IMG/VR virus record: IMGVR_UViG_3300021066_000062
Location: 1-32,375 of that record
Source: a virus
Taxonomy: Duplodnaviria > Caudoviricetes
DNA length: 32,375 nucleotides
Direction: 5' to 3' (one strand)
The number at the start of each line of letters is the position of its first letter. The first letter of the stretch is position 1. The translations under genes and the position numbers were made by a program. Positions 19,901-26,917 of this stretch are shown one piece after another. The notes under the pieces are model-generated. The model did no database searches, had not been told where the DNA came from, and saw nothing but the letters and a program-made list of their open reading frames with translations.

Positions 19901-21477
19901 CGCACCCGAAGGTCGGCGCGGTGGCCGGGGCGACGGTCGGCGCCGCGGTGGGCGCGGCTGTCGGTAGCCCCCTCGGCGCGCCCGGGGCGGTGCTCGGCGC
20001 GCTGGTCGGCGGCACCGTCGGCCAGCGACAGGGCGCCCGGCAGCTCTTCAGCTGGTGGACGCAGAGCCTCACCCACGGGTTGAGCCCGCTCGTCGGCCGG
20101 CTCGGCTACTACCCTGGCGCGGTCAGCGGGCCGTTCTGGCAGGACTGGTTCGCGCGCGGGCCGGCAGCGACGGCGCGCCACGCCCTCGTCCCGGTGGCGC
20201 ACCACGAGGCGTTCCGCGCGCTGACGAAGGGGCTGTTCGCCGGGACGCTGCACGCCGACGACCTCGAGGTCACGCTCAAGTCTGGGCGCGTGCTCAACGC
20301 CCGCGAGCTCGTCGAGCACGCGATCCGCGGCGGCATCGGCGACAGCGTCGGCACCATCGACGACGCGAGCGCGCTCTTGCGCCAGCTCGGGCTCGGCGCG
20401 CGTGGGCCGCTCGAGAAGGCGGGCCTCTTCGTCCAGACCGTGCTCGGGCCCGCAGGCCTGCGACAGCTCGCCGGCGCGGTGGACTCCACGCACCGCGCCG
20501 CGGTCTACCTCGACGAGCTCGACCAGGGCGCGAGCTACGCGGCAGCGTCCGCGGTGGCTCGCGACGTCGTGTACGACCCGAGCGCGCTCGGCGCCTTCGA
20601 GCGGGACGTGCTCCGGTTCCTGATCCCGTTCTACGCCTACATGCGGCTCGACGTGAACATGGCGGTCCGCACGATGCTGCGCCACCCGGACCGGGTGTTC
20701 TCCGCGCTCCGGGCGATGCGGCTCACCCCGACCGCGTGGGGGCTGACCCGCGAGCAGCAGGCCGACCTCGAGGAGAAGTACCGCGGGAAGATGATCTGGT
20801 GGGTCAGCGGCGGCGGCGAGCCCTACAGCGCCGACGGGATGGACCCCGACGCCGTCGGCTACATGATCACGACCGGCGGCGCCGGACCCGCGGCAGCCAT
20901 CCACCAGATGGCGTCGCTGTTCTGGGGCGGCCCGGGCGAGTTCGCCGCCACGGTGGACAACCCGTTCCTGCAGCCGCTCGCCGACGCGGCCTCGGGCACG
21001 CGGAAGAACCCGCGCTACGGCCGGGTACATCCAGCCATGGTCCGGCTCGGCGTGCCTGACGCCTTCACGGGCGGCGTCCACTTCGAGCCGCTCCTGCCCG
21101 ACGAGGACCCGAACCTGGCCCAGGTCCGGAGCGCCGGCGGCGAGCTCGGCTACTACGCCGCCAACGATCCGAAGCGGTGGCAGTGGGCGACGGCAACACT
21201 GGGCGGGGTGTGGCGGAACGCTAACACCAAGCTCGAAGCCGGATTCTATGACCGTGCCCTGCGGTGGGCGGGCTACCTCCGCCCCGACGAGACTGCGGTT
21301 GCGCTCCCGCCTCGGTGGGCTGGTGGCCCCCCTGCCATCGCGCGCGGCCTCGGGTTCGGGGTCGCGCCCGTGCTCAACCCGGAGTCGGCGGCCGGGACCG
21401 TGCGGAAAGAGCGGACCGAGGCAATCACCCGCGAGACCAAGGAGCGGGCCGACCTGCTTCGTAAGGCGCCCGACTAG
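16903..21477 (+). CDS. Large ejection/internal virion protein (1524 aa)
   Basis: Longest codon-biased ORF; Ala/Gly-rich helical; glycine-zipper hydrophobic stretch; YDPSALGAFERDVLRFLIPFYAY motif of the type seen in large podoviral internal proteins. Confidence 0.7.
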   Translation: MTPDEARAAPMTPDEAWAALRAGKIDAATFFAAAYPNGLRGDSAPIIPKPEEVALKASTPNAIGAPKPTQATPAERADWWVREEPKRREVALTDAIAERILLEPTAAGQEEQKQRLGRIERSGAPAGLREAVGRVMERQTMGGMAAEAQLSKTGAAAKPTFAEVAAPVAHQAPIAASLVGVPPQAEKAGWSLTGLADAATAKLGGAVELGRKALVAADATGGRGPADVTRVFDNLARNHPTLLAALQTAAPALAVIEDLNRVAATAAAEKEPGRTLHGTAPLESATGAALRRLTTPGSLVAEAGWSGAEQMPLTELKVGGKSVYLPGMWGAGVRAGSAALDAAGLKTPWDGLVSVGPTTGLAAPDLAAARGVDDWAQANQASGLERVLYRGLERAAEGRLFGGRGGDFDVVFKRNLVGHPALAAMGINIDEKTASELAMLMLAVDLVAGGEELVPTAAVQGARLAGSAGKLTQAGLATGKLEALRRAAAMPLDVGAQVADDWLAVAQAGGTGAALKRFPSEAIEAMDMRARELGTDLATLRAAADAELAGTPSVASTNNPAVNAVLGPPPGGGAAAPPVAPAAPLKDATQRLTQALWRAVRGRPQPAPPPGPATAQLHQLVDDYARTAARSAFGGEELVNYHGIWVTPAERKIGQQRLAALLGKGRPAEIRSAAKKVGYTEPLQTAAELDTFRDWLAYRELGGLRQNGVTVAKHPGFFDNLAAGFAQAGGGKTQRALGLAPHRLAMPDRAAFDEISASVRTAIPRLTAKIAAYREAGLSGAQAYAAAALGGRALSPADIRAAIADPAKRAAEYHAAVELGRAAAWAWVPSGHVTLSAEDYAEIAATLVEHGPRHPSIADTVFRAGGGKWSSDDAVGFARLAVRLGEDLAEREAVEQLVAKRFASQAPGVRLALQHIVSGYVPPPNANGIRVFPGVSEADAVTAWDIARRTDLRPGDALASDLAAPAWLREVVADQLGQSARRLIPEVNAAPLGPLGRVLAHPKVGAVAGATVGAAVGAAVGSPLGAPGAVLGALVGGTVGQRQGARQLFSWWTQSLTHGLSPLVGRLGYYPGAVSGPFWQDWFARGPAATARHALVPVAHHEAFRALTKGLFAGTLHADDLEVTLKSGRVLNARELVEHAIRGGIGDSVGTIDDASALLRQLGLGARGPLEKAGLFVQTVLGPAGLRQLAGAVDSTHRAAVYLDELDQGASYAAASAVARDVVYDPSALGAFERDVLRFLIPFYAYMRLDVNMAVRTMLRHPDRVFSALRAMRLTPTAWGLTREQQADLEEKYRGKMIWWVSGGGEPYSADGMDPDAVGYMITTGGAGPAAAIHQMASLFWGGPGEFAATVDNPFLQPLADAASGTRKNPRYGRVHPAMVRLGVPDAFTGGVHFEPLLPDEDPNLAQVRSAGGELGYYAANDPKRWQWATATLGGVWRNANTKLEAGFYDRALRWAGYLRPDETAVALPPRWAGGPPAIARGLGFGVAPVLNPESAAGTVRKERTEAITRETKERADLLRKAPD

Positions 21478-21481
21478 AGGG

Positions 21482-21513
21482 GTGCGGCAAAATTGTCGCA
21501 CCCGTGCTAGGCT
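21482..21513 (+). promoter_or_regulatory. Operator-like dyad GTGCGGC-AAAATT-GTCGCAC followed by extended -10 TGcTAGGCT
   Basis: Reverse complement has the same arms as 7752-7771; intergenic; TGnTAGGCT at 21505-21513. Confidence 0.55.
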
Positions 21514-21533
21514 CCGCCTGTGGGGGTGCTCGC

Positions 21534-21971
21534 GTGTCCGACGCGAACGGGTGGTCACTCGACAAGACGATCACCGTGACCGGGGACGGGGTCGGCGCCG
21601 TCGTCGGATCTGCGCTGATCTTCCCGCGCGAGATGGACGGGAAGGTCGACGACATCGTGCTGCGTCTCGAGTCCGGCTCCACCAACGGTAACGCCGAGTT
21701 CTACCTCGTGCGGCAGGTGAGCAGCACCGAGAACTCCGCGTCCCCGCCCATCAATACGGCAGGGTGGGCATCCATTCCGGACAACCGGATCGTCTACGAG
21801 GACAGCGCGCGGGCCTACGCCAACTCGGCCACGGACGCGAGCCTGCGCGACACGCTGCTCTCCGGAGAGGGTGGCTTCAAGAATGGACTCATCGCCGTGG
21901 TTCGCGTGACCACCGTCGACGCGAACGTCCGGACCTTCAAGCTCTCGCTCGGCGGCCTGCGGCGGGCGTAA
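21534..21971 (+). CDS. Beta-rich virion-associated protein (145 aa)
   Basis: GGGGGTG before GTG 21534; beta-strand-rich; late-region position. Start uncertain. Confidence 0.6.
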   Translation: MSDANGWSLDKTITVTGDGVGAVVGSALIFPREMDGKVDDIVLRLESGSTNGNAEFYLVRQVSSTENSASPPINTAGWASIPDNRIVYEDSARAYANSATDASLRDTLLSGEGGFKNGLIAVVRVTTVDANVRTFKLSLGGLRRA

Positions 21972-21998
21972 CCCCCTTTTCTCCAGAGGTAGACCCCC

Positions 21999-22766
21999 AT
22001 GGCTCGATTCACCACGGCCGACGCGCTCAACTTCAACACGGCGTTCAAGTCCACGACGCTGGGCGCGCTCGTGCTCGCCTCGCTGCAGCTGTACCGCCCG
22101 CCCGCAGAGCAAGGGCGGATGCTGGAAGAGTTCGCGGCCCGCACCGGGCAGGGGCTCCCCACGTGGCTCGGGATGACCGAGACCTCGGCCGCCGGCACCC
22201 CGACCACCGACTACGTGGCCGACGCGGTGACGGGAGTCTACGCGGTCAAGTTCGACACCACGAACGAGGTCGAGACCATCACCGTGAGCCAGGGCGACCA
22301 GCGCACCTGGGACATCGCCAAGAATCCGATCGTCGAGTTCCGGCTCAAGGTCGAGAGCGACGTGACCGGCGGCGGAGGCGTGTTCGCGGCCGGCGACAAG
22401 TGCGTCTTCGGGCTCGCGCACGACCGCAACGCCACGCTCGACGACAACACCGTGCACGCGTGGTTCATGTTCGCGGGCGCGAACCACAACGTCTACGTCG
22501 AGACGGACGATGGGACCACGGACAACGACGACAACGACACGTCCCAGGACTGGGCGGAAAACACGTTCGCCCGGTACAAGATCGACACGACCGACCAGGC
22601 CAACATCAAGTTCTACATCAACGACATCGACGTCACCCCGGAGACGATGACCCTCGCGGCGGCGACCGGGAACCTCCAGGTCTACGCCGAGTGCCAGAAG
22701 GCGGCCGCCCTCAACAAAGATCACCGGCTCTCGCTCGACTACATCATCGTCGACGCGGAGCGCTGA
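21999..22766 (+). CDS. Virion protein with probable beta-sandwich/lectin-like domain (255 aa)
   Basis: GAGGT RBS; strong codon bias; Thr/Asp-rich beta pattern (VEFRLKV, YKIDTT...IKFYIND, LSLDYIIV). Confidence 0.7.
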   Translation: MARFTTADALNFNTAFKSTTLGALVLASLQLYRPPAEQGRMLEEFAARTGQGLPTWLGMTETSAAGTPTTDYVADAVTGVYAVKFDTTNEVETITVSQGDQRTWDIAKNPIVEFRLKVESDVTGGGGVFAAGDKCVFGLAHDRNATLDDNTVHAWFMFAGANHNVYVETDDGTTDNDDNDTSQDWAENTFARYKIDTTDQANIKFYINDIDVTPETMTLAAATGNLQVYAECQKAAALNKDHRLSLDYIIVDAER

Positions 22767-22769
22767 CCG

Positions 22770-23231
22770 ATGGCGCGCGTCTTCCCACCGCCGGGCGTCG
22801 CGTTGGCCGTTCTCTCGGCCGACGTGTCCAACAACACGACGACGGTGGCCGCGGTCGGCGACCTGCAGTTCACGCCCGCTCCGGGCGGCGTCTACTTCGT
22901 CGAGGTCTACGGCCTGTTCACCGCTGCGGCTGGGACCACGGGGGACCAGTGGCGGATCGACGCTGGCAACGCGGTCTCTGGCGGCGTCGAGCTTCGGTCG
23001 CGAGGTTCCGCCTCGACGAACAACGCCGTACAGACCGGGAGCATCGGGACCACCCTCGCGCTCGGCCTGTCGAGCGACACCGGCGAGAACATCTTCTGGG
23101 GCTTCGGGATCATCCAGGCCCACGCGACGGCGCCGACCGCGATTCAGGTCTACTTCGCGTCCGAGGTGGGCGGTTCGGCCGTGACGCTCAAGGCCGGGAA
23201 GTGCTTCATGCGCTGGACGAGGATCTCCTGA
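22770..23231 (+). CDS. Beta-sandwich virion/receptor-binding-like protein (153 aa)
   Basis: GGAG RBS; DLQFTP...GVYFVE...IQVYFASEV...VTLKAG pattern seen in fibre-tip domains. Confidence 0.65.
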   Translation: MARVFPPPGVALAVLSADVSNNTTTVAAVGDLQFTPAPGGVYFVEVYGLFTAAAGTTGDQWRIDAGNAVSGGVELRSRGSASTNNAVQTGSIGTTLALGLSSDTGENIFWGFGIIQAHATAPTAIQVYFASEVGGSAVTLKAGKCFMRWTRIS

Positions 23232-23539
23232 TGATCGCGCTGGACTGCCACCACCTGCTGCTCTGCTCGACGTGCGCGGCGGACCCGGCCGCGTGCGCCA
23301 CGTGCGTCGCGATCGCTGCCGCCGCCACCGAGGCGACCGGCGGCGAGGTCGCGTGGATGGTGCAGGGCCAGGTCGAGTCCTGGCAGTACGCGGCCTGGTG
23401 CGAGGGGTGCTCGAGTTGGAAGGGCGGCACCTTCACCGCGACCTCGCTCTGCCTGGAGGGCGCGCCCGACGTGGCCAAGCTCGAGGCCGCTGGACAGGTC
23501 GATGCCGCCAGGCGGGCGCGCGAGGACAAGGAGGCCTGA
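23231..23539 (+). CDS. Cys-rich hypothetical protein (102 aa)
   Basis: TGATG coupling at both ends; three CxxC pairs. Confidence 0.6.
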   Translation: MIALDCHHLLLCSTCAADPAACATCVAIAAAATEATGGEVAWMVQGQVESWQYAAWCEGCSSWKGGTFTATSLCLEGAPDVAKLEAAGQVDAARRAREDKEA

Positions 23540-23841
23540 TGCACGCTCGTTGCCTAGGCTGGGCAGGTGGGGGCCTCGCCCTCGGCGTGGCCGCGGTCGC
23601 GCACGCGCAGGATGCAGTCGTGGCCGAGGTGCTCGCCACCGAGAGCTCGATGCTCGTCGAGCTCGTCCGCACCGGCGGACTGCCGGCGGTCCTCGCTGCG
23701 CTGGGCTGGCTCCTCGGCCGCGGCGGGATCCCCCTCCGGGTAGAGCCTACCCGTGTCGTCCTCGAGCTCGCGCCTGAGGACCGAGCCCTGCTTGGTCGCG
23801 TCGCTGACGCCCTCGAGGGCGACGAACGGCGGCGCCGGTGA
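23539..23841 (+). CDS. Holin-like membrane protein (100 aa)
   Basis: AAGGAGG RBS; two hydrophobic segments and a basic C-terminus (ERRRR); upstream of endolysin. Confidence 0.5.
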   Translation: MHARCLGWAGGGLALGVAAVAHAQDAVVAEVLATESSMLVELVRTGGLPAVLAALGWLLGRGGIPLRVEPTRVVLELAPEDRALLGRVADALEGDERRRR

Positions 23842-24098
23842 TCGACCGCGCCCGGGCTTACCACGCTGGCGAGGCCCTCGAGGTCGGGCTGCTCGATGAC
23901 CACGCCTGCGCGCCGGTTGTCGCGCTGCTCGAGGACCTGCTCACCCGGGCGAGAGCTGGGGAGATCCGAGCGATCGCGGTCGCCGCGCAGACCGACAACG
24001 GCTGCGACCTGACCGCCTATCGCCTCGGCGACGGGACCGTAGCCGTGCTTCACCTCGCGGCTACCCGGCTTCGGGACCGCATTCTGGAGGTCACATGA
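23838..24098 (+). CDS. Hypothetical protein (86 aa)
   Basis: GTGA/ATGA coupling; LEDLLTRARAGEIRAIAVA pattern common in small phage proteins. Confidence 0.65.
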   Translation: MIDRARAYHAGEALEVGLLDDHACAPVVALLEDLLTRARAGEIRAIAVAAQTDNGCDLTAYRLGDGTVAVLHLAATRLRDRILEVT

Positions 24099-24322
24099 GC
24101 GTTCGAGCGAAGTTCACGGTGGTAAGGAAGGAAGGAAGCCGGGAGGAGGGCGGCACCGTCACCCTTCGGCCCGTATACGGCGGGAGCCCGGAGAACGACC
24201 AGTTCTACCGCTGGACCCCCGGCGGGCAGATCGAGTTGTCGACGGTGAACCAGGCAGCCTTCAACGCCTTCGAGGAGGGCGCCGAGTACTACGTGGATTT
24301 CCACCGGGCGGAGGGCTCGTGA
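24095..24322 (+). CDS. Conserved small phage protein (75 aa)
   Basis: GGAGG RBS; VRAKF...SPENDQFYRWTPGGQIEL...N...FEEGAEYYVDF is a pattern I recognise from phage hypothetical proteins. Confidence 0.8.
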   Translation: MSVRAKFTVVRKEGSREEGGTVTLRPVYGGSPENDQFYRWTPGGQIELSTVNQAAFNAFEEGAEYYVDFHRAEGS

Positions 24323-24732
24323 GCCGTGCCCTACTCGTACTCGCTGTGGTCGTGGCTGCTCCGCACACCGCGGCATGCACCCACGCGCCGCCCGCCCCCG
24401 CCGGCGACGTCGCGATCGATCCGGCCGCGGCGCTCGTGGCTGCTGCTGGCGCCCTCGACCTGGTCGCGCTGCAGTCCCGCGACGACCAGGTGCTCTGCGG
24501 CCTCGCGCTCGCGCTGGCGGCCGGGGCTCGCGCGGGCGCCGGTGCGCTCGCCACGGGCGCGCTCCCCGCGGTCACCGTCGACCTCGGGGTCTGCGGGGTC
24601 GCGCCGATCGAGCCGGGCTGCGAGACGGCGGCGGCGGCGTCCTACGTCGGCGGGATCGCCGCCGAGCTCGCCGCCGAGGTGGACGCGCCGGACGGGCGGG
24701 TCTCGTGGGCGGGGGTGGCGCCGTGCCCGTGA
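24319..24732 (+). CDS. Putative lipoprotein, possibly spanin-like (137 aa)
   Basis: GGAGG RBS; signal-like N-terminus ending TAAC; in lysis region. Confidence 0.5.
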   Translation: MSRALLVLAVVVAAPHTAACTHAPPAPAGDVAIDPAAALVAAAGALDLVALQSRDDQVLCGLALALAAGARAGAGALATGALPAVTVDLGVCGVAPIEPGCETAAAASYVGGIAAELAAEVDAPDGRVSWAGVAPCP

Positions 24733-24899
24733 CTCCGGCGGTAGTTGCGCTCCGCCAGCTTGCGGGCCGGCTGCGTCGCCAGCGGAGCCTGGACGAGGAG
24801 CACCGCCAGCTCGACACGGACAGGACGCCGATCAGTGTCGTCGTCCGCGAGCGAGCGCGGCTGGCGCGCGCGGCCGCGGGGGAGCGCGATGTGCGATAG
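24729..24899 (+). CDS. Small basic hypothetical protein (56 aa)
   Basis: GTGA-coupled; fills the gap to the next gene. Confidence 0.4.
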   Translation: MTPAVVALRQLAGRLRRQRSLDEEHRQLDTDRTPISVVVRERARLARAAAGERDVR

Positions 24900-25290
24900 C
24901 CGCACGGTGGACTACGAGGCTCTCGACCCGGGGATCCGCGAGGTCGTGCGCACGCTCCGGAAGTGGGGGTTCAACACCTGCGACTCGGGCGACGGCAAGA
25001 CGAAGGTCGGCGACCCCGAGTGGGACCAGGAGACAGTCAACCCGGTTCCGCACGTGGCGGTGGTCGTGCCAGCCGACGAGCTCGTCGAGCAGGCCCGGCA
25101 CCTAGCCAGCCTGCTCAAGCGCGAGGGTGTCGCGCTCGTGCCCCAGGGGCGTGGCGGTCCCTACGTCGCCGCCTCCTTCGACCCCACGGACGGAACGGCG
25201 ATCCTCTACCTGGCCGAGCTCGACGACGACGGGCTCTTGGCTGCCAGGCGATCGGATCTGGATGACTTCCCGCCGGAGTACGAGCCATGA
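24889..25290 (+). CDS. Hypothetical protein with Tyw3-like N-terminal motif (133 aa)
   Basis: GGGGGAG RBS before ATG 24889; LDPGIREVVRTLRKWGFNTCDSGDG resembles the D-x2-I-x2-LV-x2-LN-x2-G-x2-T-x-SSC-x-G pattern. Confidence 0.6.
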   Translation: MCDSRTVDYEALDPGIREVVRTLRKWGFNTCDSGDGKTKVGDPEWDQETVNPVPHVAVVVPADELVEQARHLASLLKREGVALVPQGRGGPYVAASFDPTDGTAILYLAELDDDGLLAARRSDLDDFPPEYEP

Positions 25291-25505
25291 CCATCCACGG
25301 AATCTGCGGCCTCTGCGGCGGAAGAGTAACCACTCCGTCCGTGTGGTTCGGCACGGTGCCGCCCGTCCCGACCTGCGAGAGCTGCGGTGCCATGGTGGCG
25401 TCCCACGGCCCGGTGCTGCCGATGGAGCCGCGGCGCCGGCCCGCGCGGACTGCGGTTGACCAACCGGACTTCTGGTCCCCGGTCCGTCATTGGAGCAGCT
25501 CGTGA
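25287..25505 (+). CDS. Small zinc-ribbon protein (72 aa)
   Basis: ATGA coupling; CGLCGG...VPTCESCG. Confidence 0.6.
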   Translation: MTIHGICGLCGGRVTTPSVWFGTVPPVPTCESCGAMVASHGPVLPMEPRRRPARTAVDQPDFWSPVRHWSSS

Positions 25506-25963
25506 ACCTCTCCCCCCACTTCACGCTGGCCGAACTCGCCAGGACCGAGGTGCGGGATCTGCAGCGCGCCAACTACGACGGCGCGTGCGGTCGCCTCGGG
25601 GCGCTGCGCTCCCTCGCCGGCTTGCTCGAGGAGGTCCGGAGCCTCCTGGGCGACCGGCCGATCGTGGTCCACAGCGGCTTCCGCTGCCCCGCCCTCAACC
25701 AGCGGATCGGCGGCTCCCCGTCGAGCCAGCACCTCCGCGGGGAGGCCGCCGATTGGCACGTGGTCGGGATGGGCCTGCGCGAGGCGTTCGACCGGATCCG
25801 GTGCTCGTCGCTCCGCTGGGGGCAGCTCATCCTCGAGGACGGCGACGGAGACGGCATCCCCACGTGGATTCACCTGTCGCTCGGCGCCCCGTGGCGGGCT
25901 GCCGAGCGGTGCCAGCAGGTCTACGAGTACGACGGGCGGGAGTACCGGCGGCTGGCGGCGTAG
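25502..25963 (+). CDS. Endolysin, peptidase M15 family
   Basis: LSPHFTLAEL, SGFRCPALN..IGG...SQHLRGEAAD, QLILE and WIHLS motifs (Zn ligands H, D, H); GTGA-coupled start with GGAG (alternative TTG start at 25490). Confidence 0.9.
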   Translation: MNLSPHFTLAELARTEVRDLQRANYDGACGRLGALRSLAGLLEEVRSLLGDRPIVVHSGFRCPALNQRIGGSPSSQHLRGEAADWHVVGMGLREAFDRIRCSSLRWGQLILEDGDGDGIPTWIHLSLGAPWRAAERCQQVYEYDGREYRRLAA

Positions 25964-25965
25964 CC

Positions 25966-26241
25966 GTGGCGGTGCCACGGTTCGACAGCCTCCCGAGCGG
26001 TCACCAGGTCACCTTCAGTGCCCACGCCCAGCGCCGCTGTCGCGAGCGGGCGATCTCCCGGCGTGAGGCGCTGCGCCTGCTCGGGCACACCCTCGGGCGC
26101 GACTGGGACCCGCACCGGCTCGAGGAGGGGTTCCGCGTCGAGGTGCGCACGCCCGCGCTCGTGGTCGTGGTCGCCGTCGGGGCGAACGCCTGGCACGTGC
26201 TGACGGTGTACCGGCCCGAGGTCGACGAGCCGGAGTGCTGA
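25966..26241 (+). CDS. DUF4258-like protein (putative RelE/BECR-fold ribonuclease, ~91 aa)
   Basis: FSAHAQRRCRERAIS and C-terminal VLTVY are DUF4258-type signatures. Start uncertain (GTG 25966 or 25972). Confidence 0.6.
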   Translation: MAVPRFDSLPSGHQVTFSAHAQRRCRERAISRREALRLLGHTLGRDWDPHRLEEGFRVEVRTPALVVVVAVGANAWHVLTVYRPEVDEPEC

Positions 26242-26287
26242 GGCTCGGCCGCTGCTCGAGCGCGGGAACGTCTCACCCGAGGCCGCC

Positions 26288-26866
26288 AAGGCGGTGGCAA
26301 ATTTGCCACCACCTACACCGCGTCCCCGTCGCCGCAAATTTGCGCTCACGGGAAGAGGAGCTTTCAGAGCTGAGACAGGCCGAAGCCGGTTCTGACGCTC
26401 CGTCCCCGTGAGCCTCAAATGAGGCTCACGGGAAGGCTCGACAGTTTGGCCCGTGCGGGCAAATTTGCCCGCACGGGCACCGTGCGCACCTTGGCGCGAC
26501 ACGTCGCCTCGAGGGAAGGCGAGACGTCTGCCCGAGCTCGGGGCGACGCGTCGTTCGAGGCCCTCCGAGACGTGACCTCGAGGCATGGGCGACGCGTCCC
26601 CGCCGGCGCCGCACGACGTGTCGCGGGAGGTCCTGGACGACAGGAGAGCTGTTGAGCCTTCCCGTTTGTCTAAAATTAGACCGACGGGGCAGGGCACCGA
26701 CGAGGCACCCCGTCTCCCTCAATTGAGGGAGACGGCCGGCGTGGCTGCGTAGGCGAGCGCAAATTTGCGCTCGCCTTGGGGGGATCGGTCGGAGAAACTG
26801 GAGCGCTCGCCAGAGCAGGCGCTGTCTCCGCTCATCTTCCCGTTGTGGCAAATTTGCCACAACGGG
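26288..26866. repeat. Array of eight 28-bp variable palindromes
   Basis: Units at 26288, 26325, 26405, 26450, 26661, 26709, 26750 and 26839; layout 5-bp end + 6-bp variable arm + 6-bp AT-rich centre + complementary arm + end; ends CCCGT/ACGGG in five, CCCGT/ACGGC in one, WAGGC/RCCTW in two. Confidence 0.9.
26495..26600. repeat. Degenerate ~23-bp tandem repeats (iteron-like, about 5 copies)
   Basis: CGASRCGT at 26497, 26520, 26544, 26566, 26590; YCGAGS at 26509, 26532, 26555, 26578. Confidence 0.65.
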
Positions 26867-26917
26867 AACGCAACGGGGATTCGTTGGCGACGCCGGAACC
26901 AGAACGCGCGATCTGGC

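Noticed and set aside
16903-21477. Tape measure protein or virion RNA polymerase
   Set aside because: No tail tube or chaperone genes, context is adaptor-nozzle-ejection, and no polymerase motifs were recognised.
21479-21503. Rho-independent terminator after the large ejection gene
   Set aside because: A hairpin is possible but there is no U-tract, and the arms recur inverted at 7752, which fits an operator better.
16834-21558. 1574-aa minus-strand ORF and other long antisense ORFs (1609-3960, 3702-5648, 7697-10627, 10762-12897)
   Set aside because: Shadow frames of GC3-biased + strand genes; Arg/Gly/Pro-rich with no motifs or coupling.
26288-26866. CRISPR array
   Set aside because: Units differ internally, spacing is irregular (centre-to-centre about 37-211 bp), orientation is mixed, and no cas genes are present.
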